A stretch of DNA of 64,000 nt from the NCBI GenBank assembly GCA_964409035.1, contig CAYPBQ010000002.1, forward strand, positions 83,267 to 147,266. Direction: 5' to 3'. Of the stretch, positions 37,644-47,263 are shown piece after piece (position 1 is the first letter of the stretch; every line of letters starts with the position of its first letter). The notes under the pieces were generated by a model. The model saw only the letters and a list, made by a program, of their open reading frames with translations, ran no database searches and had not been told where the DNA came from. Origin of the DNA: an uncultured Candidatus Saccharibacteria bacterium (GTDB lineage Bacteria; Patescibacteriota; Minisyncoccia; Phycocordibacterales; UBA12088). Position numbers and translations under genes: made by a program.

Positions 37644-38438
37644 TTATAGCTCTGCTCCAACTGCAAGGTTGAAACGCTCCTTAGCACTCTCGCCTTGCAC
37701 GACAATTTCAACAAACCTATGTTCATCTATACCAGAGCTACCAACAATAAGGGCGCTTTCACCCTTTGGTACTGCTGCTAGGTGCTCGTAGCAGGTAAAT
37801 GTCCCAAGTTTTGTTTGTACCTGTGAGCCTTCAGCAAAAGAAATTTCTTGAGGTAGGATGGTGGTCTTTGCATTACCAAAGTTATCTATCCACCACAACG
37901 CATGTGGTGCTGATGCAACTTCTTGTAGTGAAATAGTTTCTGCGGGTACTGTATTACCCCCCAAAAGGTAAGCAAGCACTCGTGGGGTAAAGTCAAAACT
38001 TCTAAATTGTGACCCAATAATTCTATTGCGCTCTTCTTCTGTCATAGCGCCACCTGCCACCATTGCCTCAGTAACTGTAGGAATATCCATAAGAGACACT
38101 GATTCTGTAAGGGCAAGCTTTTTAATGAGCGAGAGCGTGAATCCATCGAATGATGACACCACAAGAGTGTCTCGCACTAAAAAGTAGCAAAACGGTGTGC
38201 CGTTTTGCCACTTTTTACTACCTTTATGGCGAGGGGCCACATTTACCAAAATCGCGGTTTTATTAGAAGTATCACGATACGCATCAAGCACATCAATAAG
38301 ATTGCCCGCTGCTGAAAGATCGCCATAATCACCCACACCCACCAAAGAAACAGATGCTCCAGTAAGCGCAGCAACACGGGCAAGCTGTCTTCCTCCCGCA
38401 TTATCATCGTGACAATCATTAATGATGGTGATGTGCAT
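37644..38438 (-). CDS. DUF62-like protein, a putative SAM hydroxide adenosyltransferase (SAM hydrolase/halogenase fold).
   Basis: C-terminal GSSGIDEHRFVEIVVQGESAKERF resembles the DUF62 GSSGLLEIAV..GSAA block. The N-terminal region is only weakly similar. Confidence 0.4.
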   Translation of the reverse strand: MHITIINDCHDDNAGGRQLARVAALTGASVSLVGVGDYGDLSAAGNLIDVLDAYRDTSNKTAILVNVAPRHKGSKKWQNGTPFCYFLVRDTLVVSSFDGFTLSLIKKLALTESVSLMDIPTVTEAMVAGGAMTEEERNRIIGSQFRSFDFTPRVLAYLLGGNTVPAETISLQEVASAPHALWWIDNFGNAKTTILPQEISFAEGSQVQTKLGTFTCYEHLAAVPKGESALIVGSSGIDEHRFVEIVVQGESAKERFNLAVGAEL

Positions 38439-38506
38439 GGTATGACAATAAATATATAAAGGTTATTTGAGCATACCCCAGAGCACTAGGCGCGTCTACT
38501 CTGCGC

Positions 38507-39673
38507 TTATAGTGACAGTATCTCTTGTGTGGTGGAGGCAACAGACTCATCCTTATCCTCTGTTGCAGGTAATTGTGTCTCTTCTACCACCTCAAATACA
38601 AGTGGTGTCTCATTTTTTAAAATAGATACCAATGCTGCATTCTTTGATGCTGAGACAGCGACACTAAACTTCTGCGCGTTCTCAACCTCATCACACTCAT
38701 CACCCCCAGCACTTACGTTAAGTTGTATGGAAATTTCTTCATTGTTATTGGTTGTAGAAAGGGTAGATTCAGCAGTGACAAGCTCGCACACACCGCCTTG
38801 AAGTGATCCGGCAAAGTGGTGCACCCCATCTTCGTATCGGTGGGTAACCACAATAGGTGTAGTGTGTGCTATTACTGCCGTCACCGATTGTGGTATACCT
38901 GCAATACGTGATTGCACAGTATCAATAATAGGGGTTAGCGCAGTGGTAGGCACTGCATACATAGCAATCTCTGTACCCACATGAGCAGAAACCTTAGCAG
39001 ACACCTCAGATGATCCCTCTATTGAGAGGGGTTGCGTATCTACCGCTTTATTAAGCGCAAGAACTGCACCCTCTTCAATAATCGTACTCTCAATTGCCAT
39101 AAGCTCTTCAGAGCCTTTCAAGAGCGCCTGCGCAAAAAGGGTGCTAATGGTGTCAGCTGTTTCAGGGCTTTCAACTCGTAGCTTTGCTATTTTTTCAGAT
39201 GCGCGTGACGCAAACGTATCAATATCAACTGCAAGTGATGCAAATACTGCCTCTGGAATATTTTTTGAATTGCGTGCAAGGGTAATTGCTTCATCAAGAC
39301 GACGCTCCGCGCGACGAATTTCCCACTTTGCTGAAGCCTCGTCACTAAACGCAAACAATAGACGAGCCTCCTCATTTATTTTTACTTTTACGGTATACAA
39401 AGAATCTCCAGGGAGCGAGCCCTCTGCAGCATACGAAACTCCTGATAGCGCAATTATCGCTACTAAAGATGCCCCCATAACAGGACGAGCGTGGTTTATA
39501 AACCAAGAAAATAGTGGATATGCTGCACTAGGCTCAGAACGTACTACCCCTGTACGCAGCGGTGTCATGGCAACATACTCACGCAACACATTTTTCATGT
39601 GTTCACGCTCCTCATGAGAGAGGTAAAATTGTTGATTGTTATCCTTCATATACAAATTGTTTTTCAGTTGCAA
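38507..39673 (-). CDS. Putative membrane anti-sigma factor (DUF5667-like) downstream of the ECF sigma factor.
   Basis: Operon position, overlapping the sigma gene. A single transmembrane helix after a ~60-aa cytoplasmic N-terminus. An LYTVKVKINEEARLLF block. Confidence 0.45.
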   Translation of the reverse strand: MQLKNNLYMKDNNQQFYLSHEEREHMKNVLREYVAMTPLRTGVVRSEPSAAYPLFSWFINHARPVMGASLVAIIALSGVSYAAEGSLPGDSLYTVKVKINEEARLLFAFSDEASAKWEIRRAERRLDEAITLARNSKNIPEAVFASLAVDIDTFASRASEKIAKLRVESPETADTISTLFAQALLKGSEELMAIESTIIEEGAVLALNKAVDTQPLSIEGSSEVSAKVSAHVGTEIAMYAVPTTALTPIIDTVQSRIAGIPQSVTAVIAHTTPIVVTHRYEDGVHHFAGSLQGGVCELVTAESTLSTTNNNEEISIQLNVSAGGDECDEVENAQKFSVAVSASKNAALVSILKNETPLVFEVVEETQLPATEDKDESVASTTQEILSL

Positions 39674-40187
39674 CTCGTTTGAGTGCCTTGAGCGCTCGAT
39701 GTAATCGTACTGATATTACATTTTCACTCTCACCGGTGATGGTTGCTATTTCTTTTGGAGATAGCTCGTCAATAAAGCGCATGGTTACCACCTGCGCGTA
39801 CTGGTCTGGAACATGAGCGAGCAAATCGTACACCTTCTCTGCATCAATACTCTTTACGGTATCTTTATGAGAGAGATCAACTAGCTCAGGAAAATCTCCC
39901 TCCTTCACATGATCACTCTCGAGTATTTCATCAAGAGATGAGGTTTTTTTCTTCCTATACTCATCGATAATAAGGTTGTTGAGGACTCGATACAAAAATG
40001 AACGATATTCGTCGATAATCCCCCCTTCACTTATGAACTTCCATGTTTTCATGAAGGTATCTTGGACTACGTCCTTTGCCTTTTCTCTATCTGAAAGACG
40101 AAATATGGCATGACGAAAAAGTACATCCGAATACTCATCAAATGACGAAATAAAAGCTTCTTCTGTTACTTTTTTGTTCTCTCCCAT
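39639..40187 (-). CDS. ECF-type RNA polymerase sigma-70 factor.
   Basis: Region 2 (VVQDTFMKTWKF) and region 4 HTH (LSPKEIATITGESENVISVRLHRALKAL). Confidence 0.8.
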   Translation of the reverse strand: MGENKKVTEEAFISSFDEYSDVLFRHAIFRLSDREKAKDVVQDTFMKTWKFISEGGIIDEYRSFLYRVLNNLIIDEYRKKKTSSLDEILESDHVKEGDFPELVDLSHKDTVKSIDAEKVYDLLAHVPDQYAQVVTMRFIDELSPKEIATITGESENVISVRLHRALKALKRVATEKQFVYEG

Positions 40188-40236
40188 AGTGAAGACGATT
40201 GAGGTATGCCTACTCTTTCATGTATACCATTAGGCA

Positions 40237-41034
40237 CTACCGTATCCCTAAAAACACCTCTACACCCTTTATTATACGCGACTCAAGGAGGGAGCTAACA
40301 CCATAATGACCTCCCTTCTTATGCATAACCATGCGTATCCCCATGCGTGTTGCAAATTCCTTTACTGGCGCACTTAACACTACGGTATCATCATCGGCAT
40401 GAAAGATACACACCTTCTCTGCAGCTATGAGCTTTGTGCTGTGGACTGGATTGTATAAAGTGCCTTTCCTCAATTTTTGTACCACATTCTTTGTCCATCT
40501 ATATCCATTACCAAATGCCTGTAGCGCATACGCATGCATAGCCTCAAATGGTTCACCATTTGAGGGGTGCGCCCAATCTACAACTGGCGAGAGGGCTATC
40601 ACCTTTTCTACTAATGGATGATGTGATGCCATAAGTACGGCAGGCCCTCCGAAGGAAGCTCCCACAAGATGAATTGACTTAATTGGTATATGTACCATCT
40701 GTTTACTCCACAGATCTTCGAAACCTTTTTCTATACCCGAAATAACATCAAGCACATCATAGTGGTGTGACTTTGCTAGAAACACCCCACCGCTTTCCCA
40801 ACTGCCTCTATATCGAGGCTGAAACGCCCAATACCCCTTGCTAGAAAAGTACTCTAGTAATTCAGGGGCGCCGGGACTACTTGGTGCTCCTTTCATTATA
40901 ATTACCACCTTTCGTGGTGATTGCTTTGGTGGTGTAGCTTTTTTGCCTTGTGCAACTGCCTTCATATAGGCATATACATCTTTTGGAGGTAAATATTCTG
41001 AAACTATGTCGTGTGAGAAGCGGGTACGAAACAT
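40237..41034 (-). CDS. Alpha/beta-hydrolase fold protein (S9/dienelactone-hydrolase-like).
   Basis: GASFGG nucleophile elbow, with downstream catalytic D and H. Confidence 0.6.
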   Translation of the reverse strand: MFRTRFSHDIVSEYLPPKDVYAYMKAVAQGKKATPPKQSPRKVVIIMKGAPSSPGAPELLEYFSSKGYWAFQPRYRGSWESGGVFLAKSHHYDVLDVISGIEKGFEDLWSKQMVHIPIKSIHLVGASFGGPAVLMASHHPLVEKVIALSPVVDWAHPSNGEPFEAMHAYALQAFGNGYRWTKNVVQKLRKGTLYNPVHSTKLIAAEKVCIFHADDDTVVLSAPVKEFATRMGIRMVMHKKGGHYGVSSLLESRIIKGVEVFLGIR

Positions 41035-41216
41035 ATTACATTACTTGTTCCTCGCAAAAATAACCAACCATTCCTACAGATATCATAATAATGGCGATAA
41101 CCGCCCAAAATGCAAGGGGATATTCTAACCAGATACATATGTATCCGGATTCTACACACTATCCAGTCTATATAACTTACTCGTGCGTTGTTATGGAATG
41201 AGCACCCTACGAGGAT

Positions 41217-41582
41217 TTATAAGATGTATATGAAAGTGGTCGGGGATAGATTTAAATTTTTTTGTTGCCTCCCAAGATATTGATAGGTATCCGCAAGGTG
41301 CGTGTGTTTAATCTCTACCAATTCTTCCTTCTCTTCTTGGGTTAAACCTCGTTCATCTACATGCCTAAGTGGTATAAGCATGTGATGTACTTCTGCAAAC
41401 TTTCCGTACGGAAAGGCGTTTATAACTATCCGCCAGTGGTTAAATATGTGCAGTGCAGGCTCATCGCTACAAAGCGGACACCCAGCATCCTCCGGTTGTG
41501 ATTTGCGGTGGGCTCGGTATGCTTCTTCTACCTCTGGTAGCCTAAGTGATACTGGTGTATACGACATAACCTGAGTGTGCAT
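41217..41582 (-). CDS. Hypothetical HIT-like or CPxC-motif protein.
   Basis: GCPLCS motif and an HHxLIPLRH His cluster. Weak assignment. Confidence 0.3.
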   Translation of the reverse strand: MHTQVMSYTPVSLRLPEVEEAYRAHRKSQPEDAGCPLCSDEPALHIFNHWRIVINAFPYGKFAEVHHMLIPLRHVDERGLTQEEKEELVEIKHTHLADTYQYLGRQQKNLNLSPTTFIYIL

Positions 41583-41622
41583 CCTAAAAATAATTCCAAA
41601 CCTGCTTCTCTCTCTTATGTTG

Positions 41623-41693
41623 TCGGGGCGCCGAGAATCGAACTCGGGCTACACGGTCCCAAACCGTGCGTACTACCTCTATACGACGCCCCG
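41623..41693 (-). tRNA. tRNA-Pro(UGG), no CCA encoded.
   Basis: C1:G72 acceptor typical of bacterial tRNA-Pro. Anticodon loop UUUGGGA. T-arm CCGAG-TTCGATT-CTCGG. Confidence 0.8.
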
Positions 41694-41764
41694 CGAGGCA
41701 AAACCATATGACTCGTTACGATAACGTACCATAATATACGAATAAAATGAAGCGTATATCGCTC

Positions 41765-42190
41765 TTAAAATGAGACATTCTCAAAAAACTCACACTTTGC
41801 CAGCTTCTTATTCTCATCTATATAAACTGTAATAAGATCAACCTGCCACTCCCCCACCTCACGCTCTTCAAGATACATTTCAATGGTGCTGAGCAATTTT
41901 GCGAGCTTGTGTCGGGTCATATTTTCTTCAGGTCGTATGCCTGGCACAGACGGCACGTAGCCACCCTCTGACCCTGTAAATGTGCATATCGCACTCTTTA
42001 CTTCTATAAAGTGAGTTACTCCCCCATTTGTTGCAACTAAATCTATTTCTCCATGAGTGGTGCGGATATTTCTATCCACCACATGGTGACCTCTATCTAA
42101 AAGCCACTTAACTGCAATGTCCTCTCCCAGTTTACCTGTCTTTTGAGCGGTTGTTGTACCATAGTTCCACATATTCATATTATAAGCCAT
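41765..42190 (-). CDS. YraN (UPF0102) family endonuclease-fold protein.
   Basis: GEDIAVKWLLDRGHHVVDRN...GEIDLV...FIEVKS restriction-endonuclease-like core. Confidence 0.65.
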   Translation of the reverse strand: MAYNMNMWNYGTTTAQKTGKLGEDIAVKWLLDRGHHVVDRNIRTTHGEIDLVATNGGVTHFIEVKSAICTFTGSEGGYVPSVPGIRPEENMTRHKLAKLLSTIEMYLEEREVGEWQVDLITVYIDENKKLAKCEFFENVSF

Positions 42191-42329
42191 ATTTCAACCT
42201 TTTGCTATAAAAAGACTCTCTCGTATGAGACTAAAAAGGTCGTCCTTTATACACTAATCCCCAGAGTTATCCACAGTTTTGACCTATTCTGTGCATTTCT
42301 TTTATCCCTTTGGCAGTAGCAAAGGGATT

Positions 42330-42602
42330 AGAGAATGGAGTAATCTTTTAATACGACCAAAGAAACAAGGAGCGGTGCGACTAGATTTCTTGAAGTACTC
42401 CTGTGGTGCAGGTAGGGAGAAAGGGTCAGCTCACTAAGTACATTGAGTCGTAAACTCCTCAATGTACTAAGTGGCTCCTCCCCGGCCTCACCTGTCGTAC
42501 TCGCTATCGCTCCGTGCGACATGGCTCCGGCTTTCGATTCTCCACGAAATGCACGAAGGTGTATTACTCTACCCATTCAAAATATATCGTCAAAGCTTCG
42601 CT
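42330..42602 (-). ncRNA. rnpB: Probable RNase P RNA, reduced, about 270 nt.
   Basis: The reverse strand reads GAGAAUCGAAAGCCGGAGCCAUGUCGCACGGAGCGAUAGCGAG. This resembles the P4 5' strand and the downstream conserved region of RNase P RNA; compare the B. subtilis GGAAAGUCCAUGCUCGCACGGUGCUGAGAUGC. A candidate P4 3' strand (GCUCCUUGUUUC) lies ~170 nt downstream. The element sits directly 3' of tRNA-Gly. Confidence 0.5.
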
Positions 42603-42618
42603 TTTTCCTCTTATTTTG

Positions 42619-42689
42619 TGCGGGTAGGGAGAATCGAACTCCCGTCTGCTCCATGGCAAGGAGCCGTCATACCACTAAACTATACCCGC
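42619..42689 (-). tRNA. tRNA-Gly(GCC), no CCA encoded.
   Basis: Acceptor GCGGGTA/TACCCGC, anticodon loop UUGCCAU, T-arm GGGAG-TTCGATT-CTCCC. Confidence 0.85.
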
Positions 42690-42754
42690 AGTTGAGGTAG
42701 CAACGCTACTCAATTGCTCAAAACAATACCACTTATCCCCTCCCCTCTCAAGTT

Positions 42755-42964
42755 TTAATGAACATCCTGCTTTAACTCTTTGAGCGATAGGTCGTTAAAA
42801 TATAGGTACGCCAAAGCAAAAAGACCTGGAACGATATCCCCTAGTAATGAGTTACCAAAAAAGTAGTCTGCGCCGTGCCATATAGCCCTCCAGATGAGCG
42901 CCAAACACACTACTACTAGCACTGAGTTGATTACTCCATGACGCTTAATAAAATCTTGAAACAT
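42755..42964 (-). CDS. Small two-TM membrane protein, hypothetical.
   Basis: ORF plus hydrophobicity only. Confidence 0.3.
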   Translation of the reverse strand: MFQDFIKRHGVINSVLVVVCLALIWRAIWHGADYFFGNSLLGDIVPGLFALAYLYFNDLSLKELKQDVH

Positions 42965-43007
42965 GTATCGTATAACTAGCGAATCAAATTAAAACCCCTA
43001 CTTTTTG

Positions 43008-43079
43008 TGCGCCCGCCAGGACTCGAACCCAGAATAACTGATCCGAAGTCAGTTGTGATATCCATTTCACCACGGGCGC
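43008..43079 (-). tRNA. tRNA-Arg(UCG), no CCA encoded.
   Basis: Acceptor GCGCCCG/CGGGCGC, anticodon loop CUUCGGA. Confidence 0.75.
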
Positions 43080-43139
43080 ATATGCGGAATAATAGCCTAG
43101 TATAGAGAAAATACAAAGTCTGGAGTACACTATATACAC

Positions 43140-44609
43140 ATGGAGATTACCCGACCCTACATACCTGATGAGGTGGCGCGTGTCACTGCTGTAATAGAAA
43201 ATGCTGGATTTGAAGCATATCTTGTTGGTGGATGTGTGCGGGATCTTCTACTTGGAAGAGCACCAAAAGACTGGGATATTACCACCAACGCAGTACCTGC
43301 AGAAATTCAATCTCTCTTCGAAGAAACTTATTACCACAACGAATTTGGTACAGTGGGAGTTGTAACAACAAGTGAACTTCCCTCTTTAAAGGTCATAGAG
43401 ATTACGCCATATAGGACAGAAGGCTCTTATTCTGACGCGAGACGCCCAGATAGTGTGTCCTTTAGCAAAAACCTTTCAGATGACCTGGAACGACGTGATT
43501 TTAGTATAAATGCGATGGCATATAATGTTTCATCCGAAACACTTGTTGATATTTTTAACGGAAAAGAAGACCTAAAAAGGTGTTTAATTAGAGCAGTTGG
43601 TGATGCAAATAAAAGATTTTCTGAAGATGCGCTGCGTATTCTACGCGCTGTACGCCTTTCTGCTGAATTAGGATTTACCATTGAAGCAGATACCCTATCT
43701 GCAATAGTTACATGTGTAACGCAGTTGGAGAAGATTTCAAAAGAACGTATCAGAGATGAATTTTCAAGAATAATGCTTTCAGATAGACCAGCTGAGGCAC
43801 TGTTTCTTATGAAACAGGTCAAAATGCTGCAATATGTTATTCCAGACATTATGAGGTCTATTAATGTTGAGCAGAATAAATCCCACAAGTACAACGTATT
43901 TGAGCACTTAGTGCGCAGCGCCCAACACGCAGCAGATAAAAACCTACCGCTAGACATGCGATTGGCAGCTCTATTCCACGATATTTCAAAACCTGAAAGC
44001 AGGAGGTTTTCACAGGAAACACATGACTATACGTTCTACGGACATGAAGTAATTGGCGCTAGAGTAACAAAAAGAGCTTTACAGAGCCTTAAATATCCAA
44101 ATGACCTCGTCGAGAGGGTTTCTTTGTTGGTTAGGTGGCATATGTTCTTCTCTGATCCTGATGAAATTACACTTTCAGCGGTCCGAAGAATGATTAGTAA
44201 TGTTGGGAAGGAGAACATTTGGGACCTGCTAGAACTAAGAATATGCGACAGAATTGGTAGTGGTAGACCTAAGGAGCAGCCATTTAGATTTAGAAGGTAC
44301 AAGGCAATGGTTGAAGAAGCTCTGCGTGACCCAATCAGTGTAGCAATGTTGAAAATTGACGGCGCTAAGCTGATGGAAACATTTCATGAGAAACCAGGAC
44401 CAAGGATTGGCTGGACATTACACGCCCTTCTTGAAGAAGTTATAGAAGATCCAAAGAAAAACACTGAGATGCTGCTCCTTAAAAGAGCTAAAGAGCTGCT
44501 TGATTTACCAAATGAAGAGCTTGAAACGTTAGGCAAAAAAGGCAGGGAAAAGCGTGACGAAGTTGATGAAGCAGAGATTGCTGAAATACAAAAAAAGTAC
44601 GGTGTGTAG
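43140..44609 (+). CDS. cca: CCA-adding tRNA nucleotidyltransferase (PolyA_pol head domain plus HD domain).
   Basis: GGCVRDLLLGRAPKDWDITT head motif. RDFSINAMA. A C-terminal HD-domain histidine/aspartate pattern. Confidence 0.85.
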   Translation: MEITRPYIPDEVARVTAVIENAGFEAYLVGGCVRDLLLGRAPKDWDITTNAVPAEIQSLFEETYYHNEFGTVGVVTTSELPSLKVIEITPYRTEGSYSDARRPDSVSFSKNLSDDLERRDFSINAMAYNVSSETLVDIFNGKEDLKRCLIRAVGDANKRFSEDALRILRAVRLSAELGFTIEADTLSAIVTCVTQLEKISKERIRDEFSRIMLSDRPAEALFLMKQVKMLQYVIPDIMRSINVEQNKSHKYNVFEHLVRSAQHAADKNLPLDMRLAALFHDISKPESRRFSQETHDYTFYGHEVIGARVTKRALQSLKYPNDLVERVSLLVRWHMFFSDPDEITLSAVRRMISNVGKENIWDLLELRICDRIGSGRPKEQPFRFRRYKAMVEEALRDPISVAMLKIDGAKLMETFHEKPGPRIGWTLHALLEEVIEDPKKNTEMLLLKRAKELLDLPNEELETLGKKGREKRDEVDEAEIAEIQKKYGV

Positions 44610-44996
44610 CTAAACGGCTCAACAAAGCCAATTTACAAAAATTGGTAGTTTCATGGGAAACGAAAAATGCCCCGTTGGCATTGTGGAGAAAGCCGACGAG
44701 GCACTCGCTATCCGCAGAATGCGGAAAGAACAAACTAGACTCTATACTTAAGAACAATTATCTACTTTCTGGGGTGATGTCACTTTATACAAAATTATTG
44801 TCTATTAGTGAGGACAAACACATTCCAGGGCTACGCCAAGATTATTATTCTCAAGAAACTCAAGAACAGAAAGAACTAAGCTACGATCTCAAGGAGAAGC
44901 GAGACCGTATTGGCACACACCATGTTTATTGATCTGATAATAGTATCTGTCCTTTATGCAAACATGTAAAGGACATGGGTGTGGATAACTTGTCCT

Positions 44997-45773
44997 TTAT
45001 AGTTCCTTGTTTAGCGTAAGGGTTATGGGGCAATGATCTGAGCCTAGTATGTCGCTTTGTATAGTCGTATTTTTAAGATAGGGAAGTAGCTCAGTTGAAA
45101 TAAAAAAGTAGTCAATTCTCCATCCCACATTTCTGTTTCTTGCAAATGATTTCATATCCCAGTATGTATATGCATCTTTTTTTGTTGGGTGTAGTTGCCT
45201 GAATGTATCTATAAATCCTGCGTTTAGTAGCTCGTCTACCCACGCCCTCTCCTCAGGAAGAAATCCAACGTGGGTTTCATTTTCTTTTGGTCTTGCTATG
45301 TCGATTTCTTCGTGGGCAACATTTACATCGCCCATAACAATAACGTGCATACCCTTCTTTTTAAGTGAAGTAATATAAGAAAGAAATGCGTCGTAAAATG
45401 CCAGTTTATATGAAAGACGCTCAGGAGCACCTCCACCGTTAGGGAAGTAGACATTACAGATAGCAGTATTACCATAAAATGCAATAATTGTGCGCCCTTC
45501 TTGGTCATTAGTACCAAAGTCATAGAGCACAGAATCTGGCTCTTTTTTTGAGTAAAGAGCAACACCACTATAGCCCTTTCTGGTTTTTGACGAAGCAAAA
45601 TATGCATTATACCCCTTGAGTGTTCTTACCTCCTCAGGTATTTGTGCTTCTTCTGCCTTAGTTTCTTGAATACCTATTACATCTGCGCCGTTACAGTCTG
45701 CAAGAAACGTATCCCAATAACCCTGCTTGTGAGTTGCGCGTATGCCGTTAGTGTTCCACGAAACTAGTTTCAT
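44997..45773 (-). CDS. xth: Exodeoxyribonuclease III (AP endonuclease).
   Basis: MKLVSWNTNGIR ... QETK ... SDHCP catalytic blocks. Confidence 0.9.
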   Translation of the reverse strand: MKLVSWNTNGIRATHKQGYWDTFLADCNGADVIGIQETKAEEAQIPEEVRTLKGYNAYFASSKTRKGYSGVALYSKKEPDSVLYDFGTNDQEGRTIIAFYGNTAICNVYFPNGGGAPERLSYKLAFYDAFLSYITSLKKKGMHVIVMGDVNVAHEEIDIARPKENETHVGFLPEERAWVDELLNAGFIDTFRQLHPTKKDAYTYWDMKSFARNRNVGWRIDYFFISTELLPYLKNTTIQSDILGSDHCPITLTLNKEL

Positions 45774-45863
45774 ACGGCTATCGTAGCACGCAAATTAAGT
45801 GGATTGTATCCATGGCCCAACAGTGAAGTTATATAACAATGAAGCGTACAAAAAGGAAGTGTC

Positions 45864-46250
45864 ATGGGCACGAACAACATCACAAAACCAGTAACACCGC
45901 TAAAAGTTACAAGATCAAAGTCATTTTATGAGGGGCTCTGGTGGTTATATGTTGGCGGTGTTGAACACGCAGTCAGCATAATAGCTAAAATGAATTATCA
46001 AGAAAAAATACTGTTCCTTGGATGGATGCGTGGACAGGTTATCTTGGGATGGCAAGTATTTATTGAGCACCTGCAGTACCATGCGGCATTGCCTTTCAAT
46101 AATGCACCAAAAAGGAAACCTTACTCACTCATTGGTGATGCCTCTGGAAGAACACTATTTGAATTTATGGTTGCTCTAGATAGAAAACTTACCCACGCTA
46201 ACCTAAGTGTCGCTAAAGTACTTGAGCAAAGGCACGGAGGGAAATATTAG
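45864..46250 (+). CDS. Hypothetical 128-aa protein.
   Basis: ORF with a downstream terminator. No recognisable motif. Confidence 0.35.
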   Translation: MGTNNITKPVTPLKVTRSKSFYEGLWWLYVGGVEHAVSIIAKMNYQEKILFLGWMRGQVILGWQVFIEHLQYHAALPFNNAPKRKPYSLIGDASGRTLFEFMVALDRKLTHANLSVAKVLEQRHGGKY

Positions 46251-46252
46251 AG

Positions 46253-46279
46253 TGTACGCCCAGCGTTTGCTGGGCGTAC
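46253..46279. terminator. Bidirectional terminator gtacgcccagc-gtttg-ctgggcgtac.
   Basis: Perfect 11-bp stem. Confidence 0.6.
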
Positions 46280-46281
46280 CA

Positions 46282-47205
46282 TCATCTTTTTGTATGAAAA
46301 CGCTTGTGTACTTCACGTAAATGCTTATCAGTTACGTGTGTATACACTTGAGTAGTTGCGATATTGGCATGACCTAAAAGCGCTTGCACCGAGCGAAGAT
46401 CAGCACCATTTGACAACAAGTCGGTTGCAAATGAGTGCCTGATTACGTGCGGGGTAACTTTTTTGGTGATACCTGCTTTTATAGCGTATTGCTTAACAAT
46501 TCGCTCAACAGAGCGCGGGGTGAGGCGTGTGGTGGTGGCATTTTTTGCTCGATTTGATGTTTGTACAAACAGCGCATCATCCATGTCTTTTCTTTTTGCA
46601 AGATATGCTCGTATACCCTCACGAGCAGCATCAGATAAAAACACAACGCGAACCTTTTCTCCTTTACCCCTAACAGAAAACTCCTCTTTAGTGAGGTCTA
46701 AATCACGCGACAGCGAGCAAAGCTCTGATACTCGTAATCCAGTTGAAAATAGGAGTTCAAGCATGGCTCTATCACGAAGAGACTTAACATCGTCACCATT
46801 TGCTGCTGCTATTAGTCGAGTAAGCTCTTCAAATGATATGAGATCGAGCGATCGCTCTCCGACTTTTGCTAACTCAATACGCTCAGGAGATAGGGATTCG
46901 ACACCACGCTTTCGCAGATACTTTAAAAATGCCCGGAGGGCAATAAGGTAGTAATTTTGAGTTTTTTTCTTTAGTGTTTCCTTTCTTCCACCGATTGAGG
47001 TGCCAGATTCCTGGCGGTTAAGCCATAATCGATATTCTCTAAGTAGAGAGTCATCAATAGTTGATGGATTTTCTACCTTAGCAAAAGAGAGAAAGCGAGC
47101 GAGGTAACGCTCATAATTCTCTATAGTATTGAGCGAGCGTCCCTTTTCTATTTCAAGGTGTTCTAAAAACTCACGCTTTAGTGATTCTATTTGCGTGTAT
47201 GACAT
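46282..47205 (-). CDS. Tyrosine recombinase XerC/XerD family. The start is probably MSYTQIES.
   Basis: C-terminal RHSFATDLL ... LLGHANIATTQVYTHV catalytic R-H-R-Y box. Confidence 0.85.
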   Translation of the reverse strand: MSYTQIESLKREFLEHLEIEKGRSLNTIENYERYLARFLSFAKVENPSTIDDSLLREYRLWLNRQESGTSIGGRKETLKKKTQNYYLIALRAFLKYLRKRGVESLSPERIELAKVGERSLDLISFEELTRLIAAANGDDVKSLRDRAMLELLFSTGLRVSELCSLSRDLDLTKEEFSVRGKGEKVRVVFLSDAAREGIRAYLAKRKDMDDALFVQTSNRAKNATTTRLTPRSVERIVKQYAIKAGITKKVTPHVIRHSFATDLLSNGADLRSVQALLGHANIATTQVYTHVTDKHLREVHKRFHTKR

Positions 47206-47242
47206 ATCATAAGTATGACACCGGTGTCGCAAAATAAAAAGT

Positions 47243-47263
47243 GCGCCGCCTGTAAGGCGGCGC
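47243..47263 (-). terminator. Hairpin gcgccgcc-tgtaa-ggcggcgc followed by a minus-strand T-run.
   Basis: Seen in the sequence. It overlaps the stop of the small lipoprotein ORF. Confidence 0.5.

Noticed and set aside
42328-42700. ORF-track proteins of 82, 85 and 74 aa across this interval.
   Set aside because: They overlap the tRNA-Gly(GCC) gene and the probable RNase P RNA. They are spurious.
44949-45000. TGTCCTTTAT direct repeats with an inverted copy between them, downstream of xth.
   Set aside because: This is best explained as the xth intrinsic terminator hairpin plus a chance 10-mer repeat. There are no flanking target-site duplications or transposase.
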